DNA of 64,000 nt from Sphingobacteriaceae bacterium (GTDB lineage: Bacteria; Bacteroidota; Bacteroidia; Sphingobacteriales; Sphingobacteriaceae). The stretch lies in assembly GCA_036402155.1 (NCBI GenBank), contig DASWTL010000221.1:968-64967 (forward strand). Reading direction: 5' to 3'. Within the stretch, counting starts at the first letter, position 1. Each line of letters opens with the position of its first letter. The translations under genes and the position numbers were made by a program. The notes below the pieces were generated by a model. The model was not told where the DNA came from. It was given only the letters and a program-made list of their open reading frames with translations, and searched no databases. Below, one piece after another: positions 21,533-33,137 of this stretch.

Positions 21533-22816
21533 ATGAGAAGCATCTCATTGTTTTTTAGAAGTGTTGCACAAGCTTTACTGTTAATTTCTTCTCTAATCTT
21601 TGTAGGCATTACTGCTGCACAGGCACAGGATGCTGCTGCTGGTGCCGCTATCTTCAAGCAAAAATGTACCGCATGTCACAAGCTGGATCGTAAATCTATT
21701 GGTCCTGCATTAAGCGGAATAACGGAGCGTCGTGATGAGGCATGGCTTGTAAGCTGGATAAAGAATTCGCAGTCTATGGTTGCTGCCGGTGATCCAGAAG
21801 CGGTTAAGATATTTAACGAGTACAATAAGATTGCAATGCCTGGTTTCCCTGAACTGGCGGAAACTGATATTAAGAATATCCTTGCTTATATTAAGGAAGG
21901 TGATAAACCTAAGGCAGATGCTGCTGCAGGTGCTCCGGGCGCGACAACAGCAACGGCTGCCGGTGAGGGTGAAGTGAGTAACTTCATGATCATTGGATTA
22001 ATTGCTGTTGTAATTATTGCTTTTATTGTGATTGTTGTTCTTAACCGGGTAATTCATGCTCTGGAACGTATTATTTTACAAAAGCAGGGTGTAGTTGTAG
22101 AGGAAGAAGAAGAGCGTAAAGGGTCAAGCACTGTTGATAACCTAAAAAGGCTTACCAAGAATAAAAAGTTTGTATTCTTTGTGGTTTTACTGGTTGTTAT
22201 TTTTCTGGGATCATGGGCATGGAATGTAGCCTGGAATACAGGTGTCCATACCGGATATCAGCCCGTACAGCCTATTAAATTCTCACATCAGCTGCATGCC
22301 GGAACAAACCAGATCAATTGCCAATACTGTCATACTGGCGCTTCTAAATCTAAAAATGCATCCATTCCATCTGCGAACGTGTGTATGAATTGCCATAATT
22401 ATGTTCAGGCCACCGATAAGTATAATGGTGAGATCTCTCCTGAAATTATGAAGATCTACAAGGCGCTTGACTACAATCCTGATACAAGGGTATATGGTCC
22501 GAACCAGAAGCCTATTGAGTGGATACGTATACATAATCTTCCTGATTTAGTATATTTCAATCACTCTCAGCACGTAAGTGTTGCGGGTATTGAATGTCAA
22601 AAATGTCATGGTCCTATCCAGACAATGGAAGAAGTGTACCAGTACTCACCATTAACAATGAAATGGTGTATCAATTGCCACCGCCAGACAGAAGTGAAAC
22701 ACCAGGATAATCCTTATTATGACAGACTGATCGCAGCGCATGATAAGCTTAAAAAAGGTGAAAAAGTTACGGCGGCTGTATTAGGCGGCCTGGAATGCGG
22801 CAAATGCCATTATTAA
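21533..22816 (+). CDS. actA: Alternative complex III multihaem cytochrome c subunit ActA, with an extra N-terminal monohaem cytochrome c domain
   Basis: Six CxxCH motifs: CTACH in the N-terminal domain, then an Ala-rich linker and a TM, then CQYCH, CMNCH, CQKCH, CINCH and CGKCH. Signal peptide present. Confidence 0.85.
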   Translation: MRSISLFFRSVAQALLLISSLIFVGITAAQAQDAAAGAAIFKQKCTACHKLDRKSIGPALSGITERRDEAWLVSWIKNSQSMVAAGDPEAVKIFNEYNKIAMPGFPELAETDIKNILAYIKEGDKPKADAAAGAPGATTATAAGEGEVSNFMIIGLIAVVIIAFIVIVVLNRVIHALERIILQKQGVVVEEEEERKGSSTVDNLKRLTKNKKFVFFVVLLVVIFLGSWAWNVAWNTGVHTGYQPVQPIKFSHQLHAGTNQINCQYCHTGASKSKNASIPSANVCMNCHNYVQATDKYNGEISPEIMKIYKALDYNPDTRVYGPNQKPIEWIRIHNLPDLVYFNHSQHVSVAGIECQKCHGPIQTMEEVYQYSPLTMKWCINCHRQTEVKHQDNPYYDRLIAAHDKLKKGEKVTAAVLGGLECGKCHY

Positions 22817-22851
22817 TCATATTGAACTTACTATATAGTTATAAAGCTTAA

Positions 22852-25800
22852 ATGGAAAGCAACAAAAAATACTGGAAAGGTTTAGAAGAACTAAATAATA
22901 CACCGGAATTTGTTGAGTCTAACAAACACGAATTTTTGGATCCGCTTCCTATTGAGGAAGTATTAACCGAGGATAAATTAAATACCGTTACACCGCGCCG
23001 TGATTTTCTTAAAGCGCTTGGATTTGGAGTAGGTGCAGTAACCCTCGCAGCTTGTCAAACAACACCGGTTCATAAATCAATTCCATATCTGGTTAAACCT
23101 GAAGAAATAGTTCCGGGTATCCCAAACTATTACACATCAAGTTACCATGGTCAGAGTATATTAGTAAAAACAGTTGAGGGGCGGCCGATCAAGGTTGAAG
23201 GTAATCCTGCCGGCTTACTTGGCAATCACGGAACCGATGCTCAGGCTCAGGCATCTGTACTTGATCTGTATGATTCATCGAAACTTAAAGGTCCGATGCT
23301 TGATGGCAAAGCCGCTGACTGGAACCAGGTTGATACCTTTGTAAAAGGTGAGTTAAACAAAGTTCAGGCTTCAGGTAAAAAAATACGGATAGTATCTTCA
23401 ACGATTAATAGTCCTTCTTCAAAAGCTGTTATTGAAGATTTTCGGTCTCAATACCCGAATGCTATACATATTAATGTTGATGCGGTTTCTTATTCAGGTA
23501 TAATTAAGGCAAACGCAGACAGCTTTGGTAAATCAGTGCTTCCGCGTTATCGTTTTGATCGTGCTGATGTTATTGTAAGTTTCGGTGCAGACTTTCTTGG
23601 AACGTGGATAACCGGTGAAGAATTTACCAAGCAATATGTTTCAAACCGTAATGCTGCTTCGTTAAAGAATAAGAAAATGTCACGCCATATCCAGTTTGAA
23701 ACAGGAATGAGCCTGACAGGAACAAACGCTGACTCGAGAATTCCGGTTAAGCCTTCTGAAGAAGGTTTGGCTATTCTGGCGCTTTACAGCGCAATTACAG
23801 GAACTCCGGTAGGTGGTGTAAATGGTATCCCGGGTAACCCTGTTGCAGATAAGGCGGTTAAACTGGCTGCAAAGGAACTTGTAAGTGCGCGTGGCAAAGC
23901 ATTAGTTGTATGCGGATCAAATGATAAATCTGTTCAAACTGTTGTTAATGCAATAAACAGCGCATTAGGAAGCTACGGGACTACCATTGATCTGGATAAC
24001 CCATCTTATCAGTATGCCGGAAATGATAATGACTTTTTTGAGTTTGTTAATGAAATGAACCGCGGCGAAGTTGGTGCAGTTTTCTTTTTAAACAGCAATC
24101 CGGCTTATGAATTTTTTAATAACAAACTATTTAGTAATAACCTGGCTAAAGTTCCATTAAGGGTTTCTTTTGCTGATCGTCCGGATGAGACGGCTTCGCT
24201 TTGTAATGTAATAGCACCAAATCATAACTATCTTGAATCATGGGGCGATGAAAATGCTTTTGAAGGTTATTACACTATCGTTCAGCCTACAATTAATCCG
24301 GTTAATAACACCCGTCAGGCTGAGGAAAGCTTATTAATCTGGTCTGATAATCAGGTTAAGAGTTATTACGAATACGTTCGCAGAAACTGGGATACCAATA
24401 TTGCTACCCGTGGCGGTAAAACATGGAAAGAGGTTCTTCAAACCGGTTTTGTATACGGCGGTGAAAAACCTGCTGGAAGCTACTCATCTGGTATATCAGT
24501 TGATGCTGTTGCACCTGCAATTATTAACCGCAGCAAATCACTTGCTAAAGAAGTAGAGCTTCATTTATATCAAACTGTTGCGTTACGCGACGGTAAAATG
24601 GCAAATAATGCCTACTTACAGGAGTTACCTGATCCTGTTTCAAAAGTAACCTGGGATAATTATGCAGCTATTGCACCCAAATATGCCGAAAAGCTCGGAA
24701 TCAGCGAATTTGACCTGATTGAGATTAAAGGTGCCAATGGATATTCAGTAGTTCTTCCGGCACTTCTTCAGCCTGGGCAGGCTCAGGGAACCGTTTCTAT
24801 TGCGGTAGGTTATGGACGTACCAAAGCAGGTAAAGCCGGCGATGAAGTAGGAAAGAATGCATTTCCGTTTGTATCATTAACTAATGGAACACTGCAGTAT
24901 ACTTCTGCAGCTACTATCAGTAAGGCCGGCGGAAGACGTGAGCTTGCTCAAACACAAACTCATCACTCTTATGAAGGACGTAACGTAATTCGCGAGACAT
25001 CTTTCAAAGAGTACTCAAAAGATGCTTTTTCTGGTAGTGGAAACCATGGAGAAAAGCATAAAACCTACGATCTGTGGAATAAATATGAGCAGCCAGGACA
25101 CAGCTGGGTAATGGCTATCGATTTGAATGCTTGTACCGGTTGCGGAGCTTGTGTTGTTGCTTGTAATGTTGAAAATAATATTCCTGTAGTTGGTCGTGAC
25201 GAGGTTCGCCGCCGTCGGGACATGCACTGGATACGTATTGACCGTTATTACAGCTTTAATACGGAAGAAGGCGCAGTAACAGAGGAGAAAGAAATTGCTC
25301 ACCTTGATAATATGGATAACGTTTCGGTTGTACACCAACCGATGCTTTGTCAGCATTGTGAACATGCTCCTTGTGAAACGGTTTGTCCGGTAATTGCAAC
25401 AATGCACTCTAATGAAGGTCTGAACCATATGGCTTATAACCGTTGTATCGGTACCCGTTATTGTGCAAACAACTGTCCATATAAAGTGCGTCGTTTCAAT
25501 TGGTTTAATTACTGGAATGATTCACGTTTCGATAACTATTTAAATAACGAGTTTACTCAACTGGTGTTGAACCCTGATGTATCTACTCGCTCACGCGGGG
25601 TTATGGAAAAATGCAGCATGTGTATTCAGCGCATTCAGGCAGGAAAACTTCAGGCTAAACTGGAAAAACGCCCGGTTAAAGATGGCGAAATCAAGGTTGC
25701 ATGCCAGCAGGCGTGTACAGCTGGAGCTATTATTTTCGGGGATGTAAATGATCCGAATTCAATGGTATCTAAAGCATTGAAAGATGAACGTACCTACTAT

Positions 25801-25872
25801 GTACTTGAAGAAATAAATGTACAGCCAGGTATAGGTTACCAGGTAAAAGTTAGAAATACAGCAGAGGCTTAA
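22852..25872 (+). CDS. actB: Alternative complex III subunit ActB (molybdopterin-oxidoreductase-like plus Fe-S domains)
   Basis: Tat-type signal RRDFLKALGFG. 1006 aa, with C-terminal ferredoxin-type clusters CTGCGACVVAC, CQHCEHAPCETVCP, CIGTRYCANNCP and CSMCIQR. Confidence 0.9.
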   Translation: MESNKKYWKGLEELNNTPEFVESNKHEFLDPLPIEEVLTEDKLNTVTPRRDFLKALGFGVGAVTLAACQTTPVHKSIPYLVKPEEIVPGIPNYYTSSYHGQSILVKTVEGRPIKVEGNPAGLLGNHGTDAQAQASVLDLYDSSKLKGPMLDGKAADWNQVDTFVKGELNKVQASGKKIRIVSSTINSPSSKAVIEDFRSQYPNAIHINVDAVSYSGIIKANADSFGKSVLPRYRFDRADVIVSFGADFLGTWITGEEFTKQYVSNRNAASLKNKKMSRHIQFETGMSLTGTNADSRIPVKPSEEGLAILALYSAITGTPVGGVNGIPGNPVADKAVKLAAKELVSARGKALVVCGSNDKSVQTVVNAINSALGSYGTTIDLDNPSYQYAGNDNDFFEFVNEMNRGEVGAVFFLNSNPAYEFFNNKLFSNNLAKVPLRVSFADRPDETASLCNVIAPNHNYLESWGDENAFEGYYTIVQPTINPVNNTRQAEESLLIWSDNQVKSYYEYVRRNWDTNIATRGGKTWKEVLQTGFVYGGEKPAGSYSSGISVDAVAPAIINRSKSLAKEVELHLYQTVALRDGKMANNAYLQELPDPVSKVTWDNYAAIAPKYAEKLGISEFDLIEIKGANGYSVVLPALLQPGQAQGTVSIAVGYGRTKAGKAGDEVGKNAFPFVSLTNGTLQYTSAATISKAGGRRELAQTQTHHSYEGRNVIRETSFKEYSKDAFSGSGNHGEKHKTYDLWNKYEQPGHSWVMAIDLNACTGCGACVVACNVENNIPVVGRDEVRRRRDMHWIRIDRYYSFNTEEGAVTEEKEIAHLDNMDNVSVVHQPMLCQHCEHAPCETVCPVIATMHSNEGLNHMAYNRCIGTRYCANNCPYKVRRFNWFNYWNDSRFDNYLNNEFTQLVLNPDVSTRSRGVMEKCSMCIQRIQAGKLQAKLEKRPVKDGEIKVACQQACTAGAIIFGDVNDPNSMVSKALKDERTYYVLEEINVQPGIGYQVKVRNTAEA

Positions 25873-25895
25873 TACACTCAACATAGGAAAATAAT

Positions 25896-27374
25896 ATGTC
25901 ATCTCATCACGAATCGATATTAAGAGAACCATTAATTACCGGTGATAATATTACTTATGGTAAAATTACCGCAGATGTTCTGGTTCCTGTAGAAAATAAA
26001 CCTAATAAAGCATGGTGGATCGGATTTATCATAGCTGCTCTTGGCGCCCTGTTATGGGTTTTTTCAGTAAGTTATACTTTCTGGTTTGGAATTGGTGCCT
26101 GGGGATTAAATAAAACTGTAGGCTGGGCCTGGGACATCACCGGTTTCGTTTGGTGGGTAGGTATTGGTCACGCCGGAACCCTGATCTCTGCCGTATTATT
26201 GCTTTTCCGTCAGAACTGGCGGAACTCAATTAACCGGTCTGCAGAGGCCATGACTATCTTCGCCGTTATCTGTGCAGCGACTTATGTTCTTGCCCACATG
26301 GGTAGGGTTTGGTTGTTTTACTGGGCCTTGCCGCTTCCTAATCAGTTCGGATCATTATGGGTTAACTTTAACTCACCACTGGTTTGGGACGTATTTGCAA
26401 TCTCAACTTATTTCTCTGTATCCTTATTATTCTGGTACACGGGTTTATTACCGGATATTGCTACTATACGTGACCGTGCTACAGGTTTACGCCGCCGGAT
26501 ATATTCAATACTTTCTTTCGGATGGAACGGTTCAGTTAAAACCTGGCAGCGCTTTGAAGCGGTTTCATTAATACTTGCCGGTGTTTCTACCCCGCTTGTA
26601 CTTTCGGTTCACACCATTGTATCCATGGACTTTGCTACTTCAGTAATTCCCGGATGGCACACCACTATTTTCCCTCCTTATTTCGTTGCTGGGGCAATTT
26701 TCTCAGGATTTGCCATGGTGCAGACATTATTGCTGATTGCCCGTAAAGTAATGAATTTCGAGAACTACATCACCATGTTCCATATCGAGTCGATGAATAA
26801 GATCATCATGCTTACCGGATCTATTGTAGGTGTGGCATATCTTACGGAATTATTCATAGCATGGTATTCAGTTTCAGAATATGAGCAATATGCATTCTTA
26901 AACCGTGTAAGCGGGCCGTACTGGTGGGCATATTGGAGTATGATGACCTGTAACGTGATTTCTCCTCAGCTATTCTGGTTTAAAAAGATCCGGACCAGCA
27001 TTATGGCTTCATGGATCCTTTCAATTGTTGTAAACATTGGTATGTGGTTCGAGCGTTTTGTAATTATCGTAACTTCATTACACCGCGATTATATTCCATC
27101 CAGCTGGGCAATGTTCTATCCATCTGTAATCGATGTGACTTTGTTTATAGGTTCAATTGGATTGTTCTTCACACTGTTTTTACTGTTCCTACGGTTCTTA
27201 CCTGCTATTGCAATGGCCGAGGTTAAGCTACTGGTTAAGAGCTCAAGCCATCAGGAGAAGAAGAAACTGATCCGGGAGAATAAGGTGAGCAAAGAAGAGG
27301 CAGAGTACTATGTAGAATCATTGGAAGCGTACGATAGCGTACCTGAGTCAGACAGAGAATTAGCAAAAATCTAG
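25896..27374 (+). CDS. actC: Alternative complex III quinol-binding membrane subunit ActC (NrfD/PsrC family)
   Basis: 492-aa polytopic membrane protein in the canonical position after ActB. Confidence 0.85.
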   Translation: MSSHHESILREPLITGDNITYGKITADVLVPVENKPNKAWWIGFIIAALGALLWVFSVSYTFWFGIGAWGLNKTVGWAWDITGFVWWVGIGHAGTLISAVLLLFRQNWRNSINRSAEAMTIFAVICAATYVLAHMGRVWLFYWALPLPNQFGSLWVNFNSPLVWDVFAISTYFSVSLLFWYTGLLPDIATIRDRATGLRRRIYSILSFGWNGSVKTWQRFEAVSLILAGVSTPLVLSVHTIVSMDFATSVIPGWHTTIFPPYFVAGAIFSGFAMVQTLLLIARKVMNFENYITMFHIESMNKIIMLTGSIVGVAYLTELFIAWYSVSEYEQYAFLNRVSGPYWWAYWSMMTCNVISPQLFWFKKIRTSIMASWILSIVVNIGMWFERFVIIVTSLHRDYIPSSWAMFYPSVIDVTLFIGSIGLFFTLFLLFLRFLPAIAMAEVKLLVKSSSHQEKKKLIRENKVSKEEAEYYVESLEAYDSVPESDRELAKI

Positions 27375-27376
27375 AG

Positions 27377-27913
27377 ATGAGCAACACAAAATATATTTTA
27401 GCCCATTTTGAAGATCCTGATGAAATGATGCATGGGATCGACAAATTACAAGAGAATAACATCAGCATTTATGATGTTTTTACTCCTATGCCAATACACG
27501 GTATTGAAGCTAAACTGGGAATTAAGCGTTCACGCTTGCCAATAGCTGCTTTCCTTTTCGGCTTAACCGGAACATGTACAGCTATAGGCATGATCTATTA
27601 TATGCTGGTATATGACTGGCCTATGAATATTGGTGGAAAGCCTGCATTTGCAATGCCAAACTTTGTGCCTATCACATTTGAGTTAACAGTGCTTTTCTGT
27701 TCATTCGGAATGGTGTTTACATTTTTATTCGCTAACCACTTGTTTCCAGGCCGTGCGCCCAGAGTTATGGATCTTCGTGCAACAGATGATCGCTTCATTA
27801 TTGCAATCGATCCAAAAGCTAATCCATATCCTGATAAAATTAATGACCTTTTAAAAGATGCCGGTGCAGTAGAAATATTGCATAATGAAAGAAAATATGT
27901 TAGTTATGAATAG
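27377..27913 (+). CDS. actD: Alternative complex III subunit ActD (DUF3341)
   Basis: 178 aa with two central TMs, starting 3 nt after the actC stop. Canonical gene order. Confidence 0.8.
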   Translation: MSNTKYILAHFEDPDEMMHGIDKLQENNISIYDVFTPMPIHGIEAKLGIKRSRLPIAAFLFGLTGTCTAIGMIYYMLVYDWPMNIGGKPAFAMPNFVPITFELTVLFCSFGMVFTFLFANHLFPGRAPRVMDLRATDDRFIIAIDPKANPYPDKINDLLKDAGAVEILHNERKYVSYE

Positions 27914-28490
27914 AATAAGGATAGTAAGTGCTGTTGTTTTTACAATTGCTGTAACTGCGGTTATATCTTCTTGTTCAAATAAGCGTAGCACAGGCTGGGA
28001 GTTTGCCCGGAATATGTATGATCCGCTTGCTTACAATCCTGATCAGCCGAATAAGAATTTTAAGAACGGACAGACGGCTCAATTACCTCCTGCAAATACT
28101 TCGCCGATAGGATTTGATCGTGCGGAAGAGTATCCTGAAACCCAGGATGGTTACCTTGCAGCAAGCGCGGGAATGAAGAATCCGCTTGAAGTTAATACAG
28201 CTAATCTTCAATCAGGAAAAGTGCTTTATTTAAACATGTGTTCACATTGCCACGGCCCTCAGGGTAAAGGTGATGGATCCATTGTAAAGCTGGATAAGTT
28301 TCCTGCTCCGCCGTCTTATTCAACTGGAAATTCTTCCCGTGGCGGTGCCATGAAAGACCTTACTGATGGCAAAATATATCATACCATTACTTATGGATTA
28401 AATATGATGGGTCCGCATAAGAACCAGCTTGACCCTCAGGAACGGTGGAAGATCGTTATGTACGTTCACGAATTACAAAAATTACAATAG
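27885..28490 (+). CDS. actE: Alternative complex III monohaem cytochrome c subunit ActE (lipoprotein)
   Basis: Single CSHCH haem motif with a downstream Met ligand region (LNMMGP). Lipobox ISSC. The true start is probably ATG 27906, overlapping the actD stop. Confidence 0.8.
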   Translation: MKENMLVMNRIRIVSAVVFTIAVTAVISSCSNKRSTGWEFARNMYDPLAYNPDQPNKNFKNGQTAQLPPANTSPIGFDRAEEYPETQDGYLAASAGMKNPLEVNTANLQSGKVLYLNMCSHCHGPQGKGDGSIVKLDKFPAPPSYSTGNSSRGGAMKDLTDGKIYHTITYGLNMMGPHKNQLDPQERWKIVMYVHELQKLQ

Positions 28491-28505
28491 TTAATGCTAA
28501 GCTAA

Positions 28506-29726
28506 ATGGGAACACACAATCCTACACATAATTTTAAAGAACACTATGCGTTTTCGGGTAAAGCTAAAACCTGGAGCCTGATCGCTATTTTAATAGGTGT
28601 TGTTGCTATTGCATATGGGCTGTTTAGCCATAATGCTGAACGCACTTTCGCGAACCTGTTATTAATGGGATATTATATGACCTGCGTATGTGCTGCTGCA
28701 GCCTTCTTTCTTGCAGTTCAGTTTGTAGCGCAGGCTGGATGGTCGGCCGGATTATTACGGATACCTGAAGCTTTCTCAAAAACATTGCCTATTGCATCTA
28801 TAATACTTGTTGTAATTTGCGCTGCAGGGTTATTTTCGCATAATTTGTATCATCACTGGAACATGGAAGGTATCGCAGACCCTAACCATGAAAATTTTGA
28901 TGCTATCGTTGCTCAAAAAGCAAGTTATTTAAATGTGCCATTCTTTCTTGCACGTCTGGTCATATTTTTGGGTCTATATAGCATATTTGCTTATTTGTTT
29001 CCGAAATGGTCTAACCGTGAGGACCAAACCGGTGGATTAAGTAATTATAAGAAAAGCTATAAGTGGTCAGCCGTATTCCTGGTTATCTTTGGATTTACAA
29101 CTCCTATCTGGGCATTTGATACGATCATGTCCCTGGAAGCACACTGGTTTTCTACCATGTTCGGATGGTATAATTTTGCAGCCATGTGGGTAAGCGGATT
29201 ATGTGCAATTACACTTACTATCATCTTATTAAAGAAGTCGGGACATTTATCATGGGTTAACGAGAATCACCTGCATGATCTGGGAAAATTTATTTTTGCA
29301 TTCTCTATTTTCTGGACTTATGTATGGTTTTCGCAATTCCTTTTAATATGGTATGCAAATATTCCTGAAGAAACGGTATATTTTTATAAACGCTGGGAAC
29401 CCGAGTATAAGCCTTGGTTTTGGTTAAACATTATAATTAACTTTGTAGCGGCAATTCTGATCCTGATGACCCGTGACTCAAAACGTCAGATGAATACTTT
29501 GGCTTTCGTTTGTGTCATGCTTTTATTAGGTCATTGGCTGGATTATTACCTGATGATTATGCCTGGCACTGTTGAAGAACACAGAGGTTTCGGAATTATA
29601 GAGATAGGTACTGCTATAGGTTTTGCTGGGTTACTGGTTTTTCTAATGCTCAATAATCTAAGTAAAAAACCGTTAGTTCCTGCAAACCACCCTTTCCTTG
29701 AGGAAAGCTTACATCATCATATTTAG
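28506..29726 (+). CDS. actF: Alternative complex III membrane subunit ActF
   Basis: 406-aa polytopic membrane protein following actE in the canonical actABCDEF order. Confidence 0.8.
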   Translation: MGTHNPTHNFKEHYAFSGKAKTWSLIAILIGVVAIAYGLFSHNAERTFANLLLMGYYMTCVCAAAAFFLAVQFVAQAGWSAGLLRIPEAFSKTLPIASIILVVICAAGLFSHNLYHHWNMEGIADPNHENFDAIVAQKASYLNVPFFLARLVIFLGLYSIFAYLFPKWSNREDQTGGLSNYKKSYKWSAVFLVIFGFTTPIWAFDTIMSLEAHWFSTMFGWYNFAAMWVSGLCAITLTIILLKKSGHLSWVNENHLHDLGKFIFAFSIFWTYVWFSQFLLIWYANIPEETVYFYKRWEPEYKPWFWLNIIINFVAAILILMTRDSKRQMNTLAFVCVMLLLGHWLDYYLMIMPGTVEEHRGFGIIEIGTAIGFAGLLVFLMLNNLSKKPLVPANHPFLEESLHHHI

Positions 29727-29754
29727 AATTATCAAAGATTAAAGTACGCTAAAC

Positions 29755-31068
29755 GTGTTGTCAGATAAAAAAATGGGTTTAAATAAGTTTTTTAAGATCA
29801 TACCGGCATTCATTGTAATATTAACGTTTACATTGAACCTGTCTGTTAACGGACAAAATATTGATACTGCCGCGGCTGCTGCTGCCACCACTACCACTGC
29901 CACAACACAGGACACTGTAGCATCTGCAGTTCCTGTTGCAGCTCCTCTGATTGATACTTCAGTACCTGCTGCAGCAACTACTGAAGCGGATGCGCCGGTA
30001 GTTGATATGAAGCCGGTATATATGAGCGCAGCTTATTACACCCTGCTGTTTCTTTTGGGATGTATATTCATTGCCATTATTGGTAAAGTATTAAGGCTAT
30101 ATGAACTGAGCCGCGGGCTTCAGGGCAGAGAAGCTCATATCAACTGGAACAGGATACAAGCGATATTATTTGCAATTATCCTTGTGTTAAGCATGTATGG
30201 TACCTACTGGACATACGATGCTTATAGTTCAACTGTAACTACCGAAGCTGCAACAGTACATGGTGAGGAATTAGACTTTATGATGTGGGTAACCATTATT
30301 ATTACCACTATTGTTTTTGTTCTAACACACATCGCATTATTTGGATTCTCTTTTAAGTATGGCGGTTCAAGTACACGCAAGGCTTATTTCTATCCTCATA
30401 ATAATGCTTTAGAAAGACTTTGGACTATTGTACCTGCAATCGTACTTACGACCCTTGTAGTATTGGGATTCTTTACATGGAGAAACATTACCAACATTCC
30501 TGAATCGGAACAGAAAAAAGCATTGAAAATTGAAGTTGTTGGTGAACAGTTTAAGTGGAATATACGGTATGCAGGTGAGGATAACCAACTGGGCCAGAGA
30601 AACTTTAAGCTTACCAGTGCGAATAATAATCTGGGTATTGATTTTACTGATGTTAAAAGCTGGGATGATAAACTTGGCGGTGAAATCGTTCTTCCTGTAA
30701 ACCGGGCGGTAAGGGTTCAGATTGGCGCTAAGGATGTGCTTCATAGCTTTTATATCCCTCATTTCCGTGTGCAGTTAAACGCAGTTCCCGGAATGCCCAC
30801 ATATTTTCAGTTTACACCACGTTTTACAACCGCTCAGATGCGTGAAAAGTTAAATAAACCAACTTTTGACTACGTTTTATTGTGTGCTAAGATATGCGGA
30901 GCCGGTCATTATAACATGCAGACCAAAGTTACTGTTGTATCTCAACAGGAATATGAAGTGTGGCTCTCAAATCAGCAGTTATATTATAACGATGATGTAA
31001 AAAGAGAATTACAACAGGCTGAACAGAAGAAAGCAGCGGAATCAAAAACAATGGCATTAAATAATTAA
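29755..31068 (+). CDS. coxB: Cytochrome c oxidase subunit II (CuA subunit, no fused cytochrome c domain)
   Basis: CuA ligands HSFYIPHF ... CAKICGAGHYNM. Long Ala/Thr-rich N-terminal low-complexity region. The start is uncertain (GTG 29755 or ATG 29773). Confidence 0.9.
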   Translation: MLSDKKMGLNKFFKIIPAFIVILTFTLNLSVNGQNIDTAAAAAATTTTATTQDTVASAVPVAAPLIDTSVPAAATTEADAPVVDMKPVYMSAAYYTLLFLLGCIFIAIIGKVLRLYELSRGLQGREAHINWNRIQAILFAIILVLSMYGTYWTYDAYSSTVTTEAATVHGEELDFMMWVTIIITTIVFVLTHIALFGFSFKYGGSSTRKAYFYPHNNALERLWTIVPAIVLTTLVVLGFFTWRNITNIPESEQKKALKIEVVGEQFKWNIRYAGEDNQLGQRNFKLTSANNNLGIDFTDVKSWDDKLGGEIVLPVNRAVRVQIGAKDVLHSFYIPHFRVQLNAVPGMPTYFQFTPRFTTAQMREKLNKPTFDYVLLCAKICGAGHYNMQTKVTVVSQQEYEVWLSNQQLYYNDDVKRELQQAEQKKAAESKTMALNN

Positions 31069-31088
31069 TAAAAGAGCAACGGGAGAAT

Positions 31089-32981
31089 ATGTCAAGTACA
31101 GTTCAACATACATTAGAGCATACAGGCCACCACGGACATGATGATGCTCATTTACATCATAACGAATCTTTCCTGACTAAATATATTTTTAGCCAGGATC
31201 ATAAAATGATTGCCAAGCAGTTCCTGATAACCGGTATTATTATGGCCGTTATCGCGATGCTTTTATCTGTTTTATTCCGCCTTCAGTTAGGCTGGCCTGA
31301 TAAAACATTCCCGCTTTTGGAAACTTTTCTGGGAAGATTTGCTGAGGGAGGTCGCATTAAAGAGGACTTTTATCTTGCAATGGTTACCATTCACGGTACG
31401 ATGATGGTATTCTTTGTATTGACAGCAGGTTTGAGCGGTACATTCAGTAACCTTTTAATTCCATTGCAACTCGGAGCCAGGGATATGGCATCTCCGTTTA
31501 TAAACATGCTTTCTTATTGGTTCTTTTTAGTAGCCTGTATCATCATGATGGGATCTTTCTTTGTTGAGAGTGGCCCGGCAAGTGCAGGTTGGACAGTTTA
31601 TCCTCCACTATCATCATTACCAAAAGCTATTCCCGGATCAGGTACTGGTATGACCTTGTGGTTGATCAGTATGGTATTGTTTGTTGCCTCTTCCTTAATG
31701 GGAGCGCTGAACTACATTTCTACCGTGCTGAATATGCGTACCAAGGGAATGGATATGTGGAAGATGCCGCTTACTATCTGGGCTTTCTTTTTAACAGCGA
31801 TTGTAGGGGTTCTTTCATTCCCGGTGCTGGTTGCAGCGGTTGTGTTATTGATATTTGACAGAAGTTTCGGAACAAGTTTTTATTTATCTGATATAGTTAT
31901 TCAGGGTCAGGTTTTACCTAATCAGGGTGGAAGTCCGATCCTTTGGCAGCATCTTTTCTGGTTCCTGGGTCACCCGGAAGTTTATATCGTATTAATGCCG
32001 GCATTGGGCATTACTTCAGAAGTTATTGCTACAAATTCACGGAAGCCGATTTTTGGATACCATGCAATGGTTTACTCTTTAATCGGGATCACGGTATTAT
32101 CCTTTATTGTATGGGGACACCACATGTTTGTTACAGGGATGAATCCATTCCTTGGCGGAGTGTTCATGATCACGACTTTGATTATTGCAGTACCTTCAGC
32201 AGTTAAGACATTCAATTATCTGGCTACGCTATGGCGCGGTAATATTCGTTTTACTCCTGCCATGCTTTTTGCCATTGGTCTTGTGTCATTCTTTATTTCC
32301 GGCGGATTAACCGGTATTTTTTTAGGTAATGCAGCATTAGATATTAATCTTCATGATACTTACTTTGTAGTTGCCCACTTCCACCTGGTTATGGGGTCTG
32401 CAGCAATATTTGGTATGCTTTGCGGTGTTTACCACTGGTTCCCTAAAATGTTCGGTAGGATGATGGATGACAAACTGGGATATCTGCATTTTTGGCTGAC
32501 ATTTATAGGCGCCTATCTGGTATTCTTCCCAATGCATTTTATGGGTCTTGATGGTGTGCCGCGTCGTTATTATGCCTTTACCGAGTTCGAATTCATGAAA
32601 GAGTGGTTAACCGTAAATAAATTTATTTCGTGGGCTGCTATCTTATCGGCTTTAGCTCAGGTTGCATTCCTGTATAATTTCTTTCATTCTATATTTTATG
32701 GAAAGAAAGCAACACAAAACCCATGGAAATCAAATACACTTGAGTGGACTACTCCTGTTGAGCGTATTCATGGTAACTGGCCTGGCGAAATTCCAAGTGT
32801 TTACCGCTGGCCATATGATTATAGCAAGCCAGGTCATCATGACGATTTTATCCCGCAAACTACTCCGTTCTCCCAGACAATGAGTTCTAATCTTCCGCAT
32901 GATTTTGAAGGAAATCCGGAGGCAGAAAGAATACAAAGTGAATGGGAAGTTGAGCATGCACATAAGGAAGAGAAAGTTTAG
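31089..32981 (+). CDS. ctaD: Cytochrome c oxidase subunit I
   Basis: 630 aa with WFLGHPEVYIVLMPALG, WGHHMFVTG and VVAHFHLVM haem/CuB ligand regions. Confidence 0.97.
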   Translation: MSSTVQHTLEHTGHHGHDDAHLHHNESFLTKYIFSQDHKMIAKQFLITGIIMAVIAMLLSVLFRLQLGWPDKTFPLLETFLGRFAEGGRIKEDFYLAMVTIHGTMMVFFVLTAGLSGTFSNLLIPLQLGARDMASPFINMLSYWFFLVACIIMMGSFFVESGPASAGWTVYPPLSSLPKAIPGSGTGMTLWLISMVLFVASSLMGALNYISTVLNMRTKGMDMWKMPLTIWAFFLTAIVGVLSFPVLVAAVVLLIFDRSFGTSFYLSDIVIQGQVLPNQGGSPILWQHLFWFLGHPEVYIVLMPALGITSEVIATNSRKPIFGYHAMVYSLIGITVLSFIVWGHHMFVTGMNPFLGGVFMITTLIIAVPSAVKTFNYLATLWRGNIRFTPAMLFAIGLVSFFISGGLTGIFLGNAALDINLHDTYFVVAHFHLVMGSAAIFGMLCGVYHWFPKMFGRMMDDKLGYLHFWLTFIGAYLVFFPMHFMGLDGVPRRYYAFTEFEFMKEWLTVNKFISWAAILSALAQVAFLYNFFHSIFYGKKATQNPWKSNTLEWTTPVERIHGNWPGEIPSVYRWPYDYSKPGHHDDFIPQTTPFSQTMSSNLPHDFEGNPEAERIQSEWEVEHAHKEEKV

Positions 32982-33002
32982 TGACTTTCCCTGATTAAGT
33001 TG

Positions 33003-33048
33003 ACGGGAGTACCTGTGTAGCATTGAAGCTGCAGGTACTCCCGTTTTA
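33003..33048 (+). terminator. Rho-independent terminator-like hairpin after ctaD
   Basis: ACGGGAGTACCTG (33003-33015) is perfectly complementary to CAGGTACTCCCGT (33032-33044) and is followed by TTTT. Confidence 0.75.
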
Positions 33049-33137
33049 ATATAATGCCATCCGCTTACAGAAAGGGATGTATCCATTCTTTAATAAGGAT
33101 GACAGAATAATAAACAGACGATTTAGGAAAAGAAAGG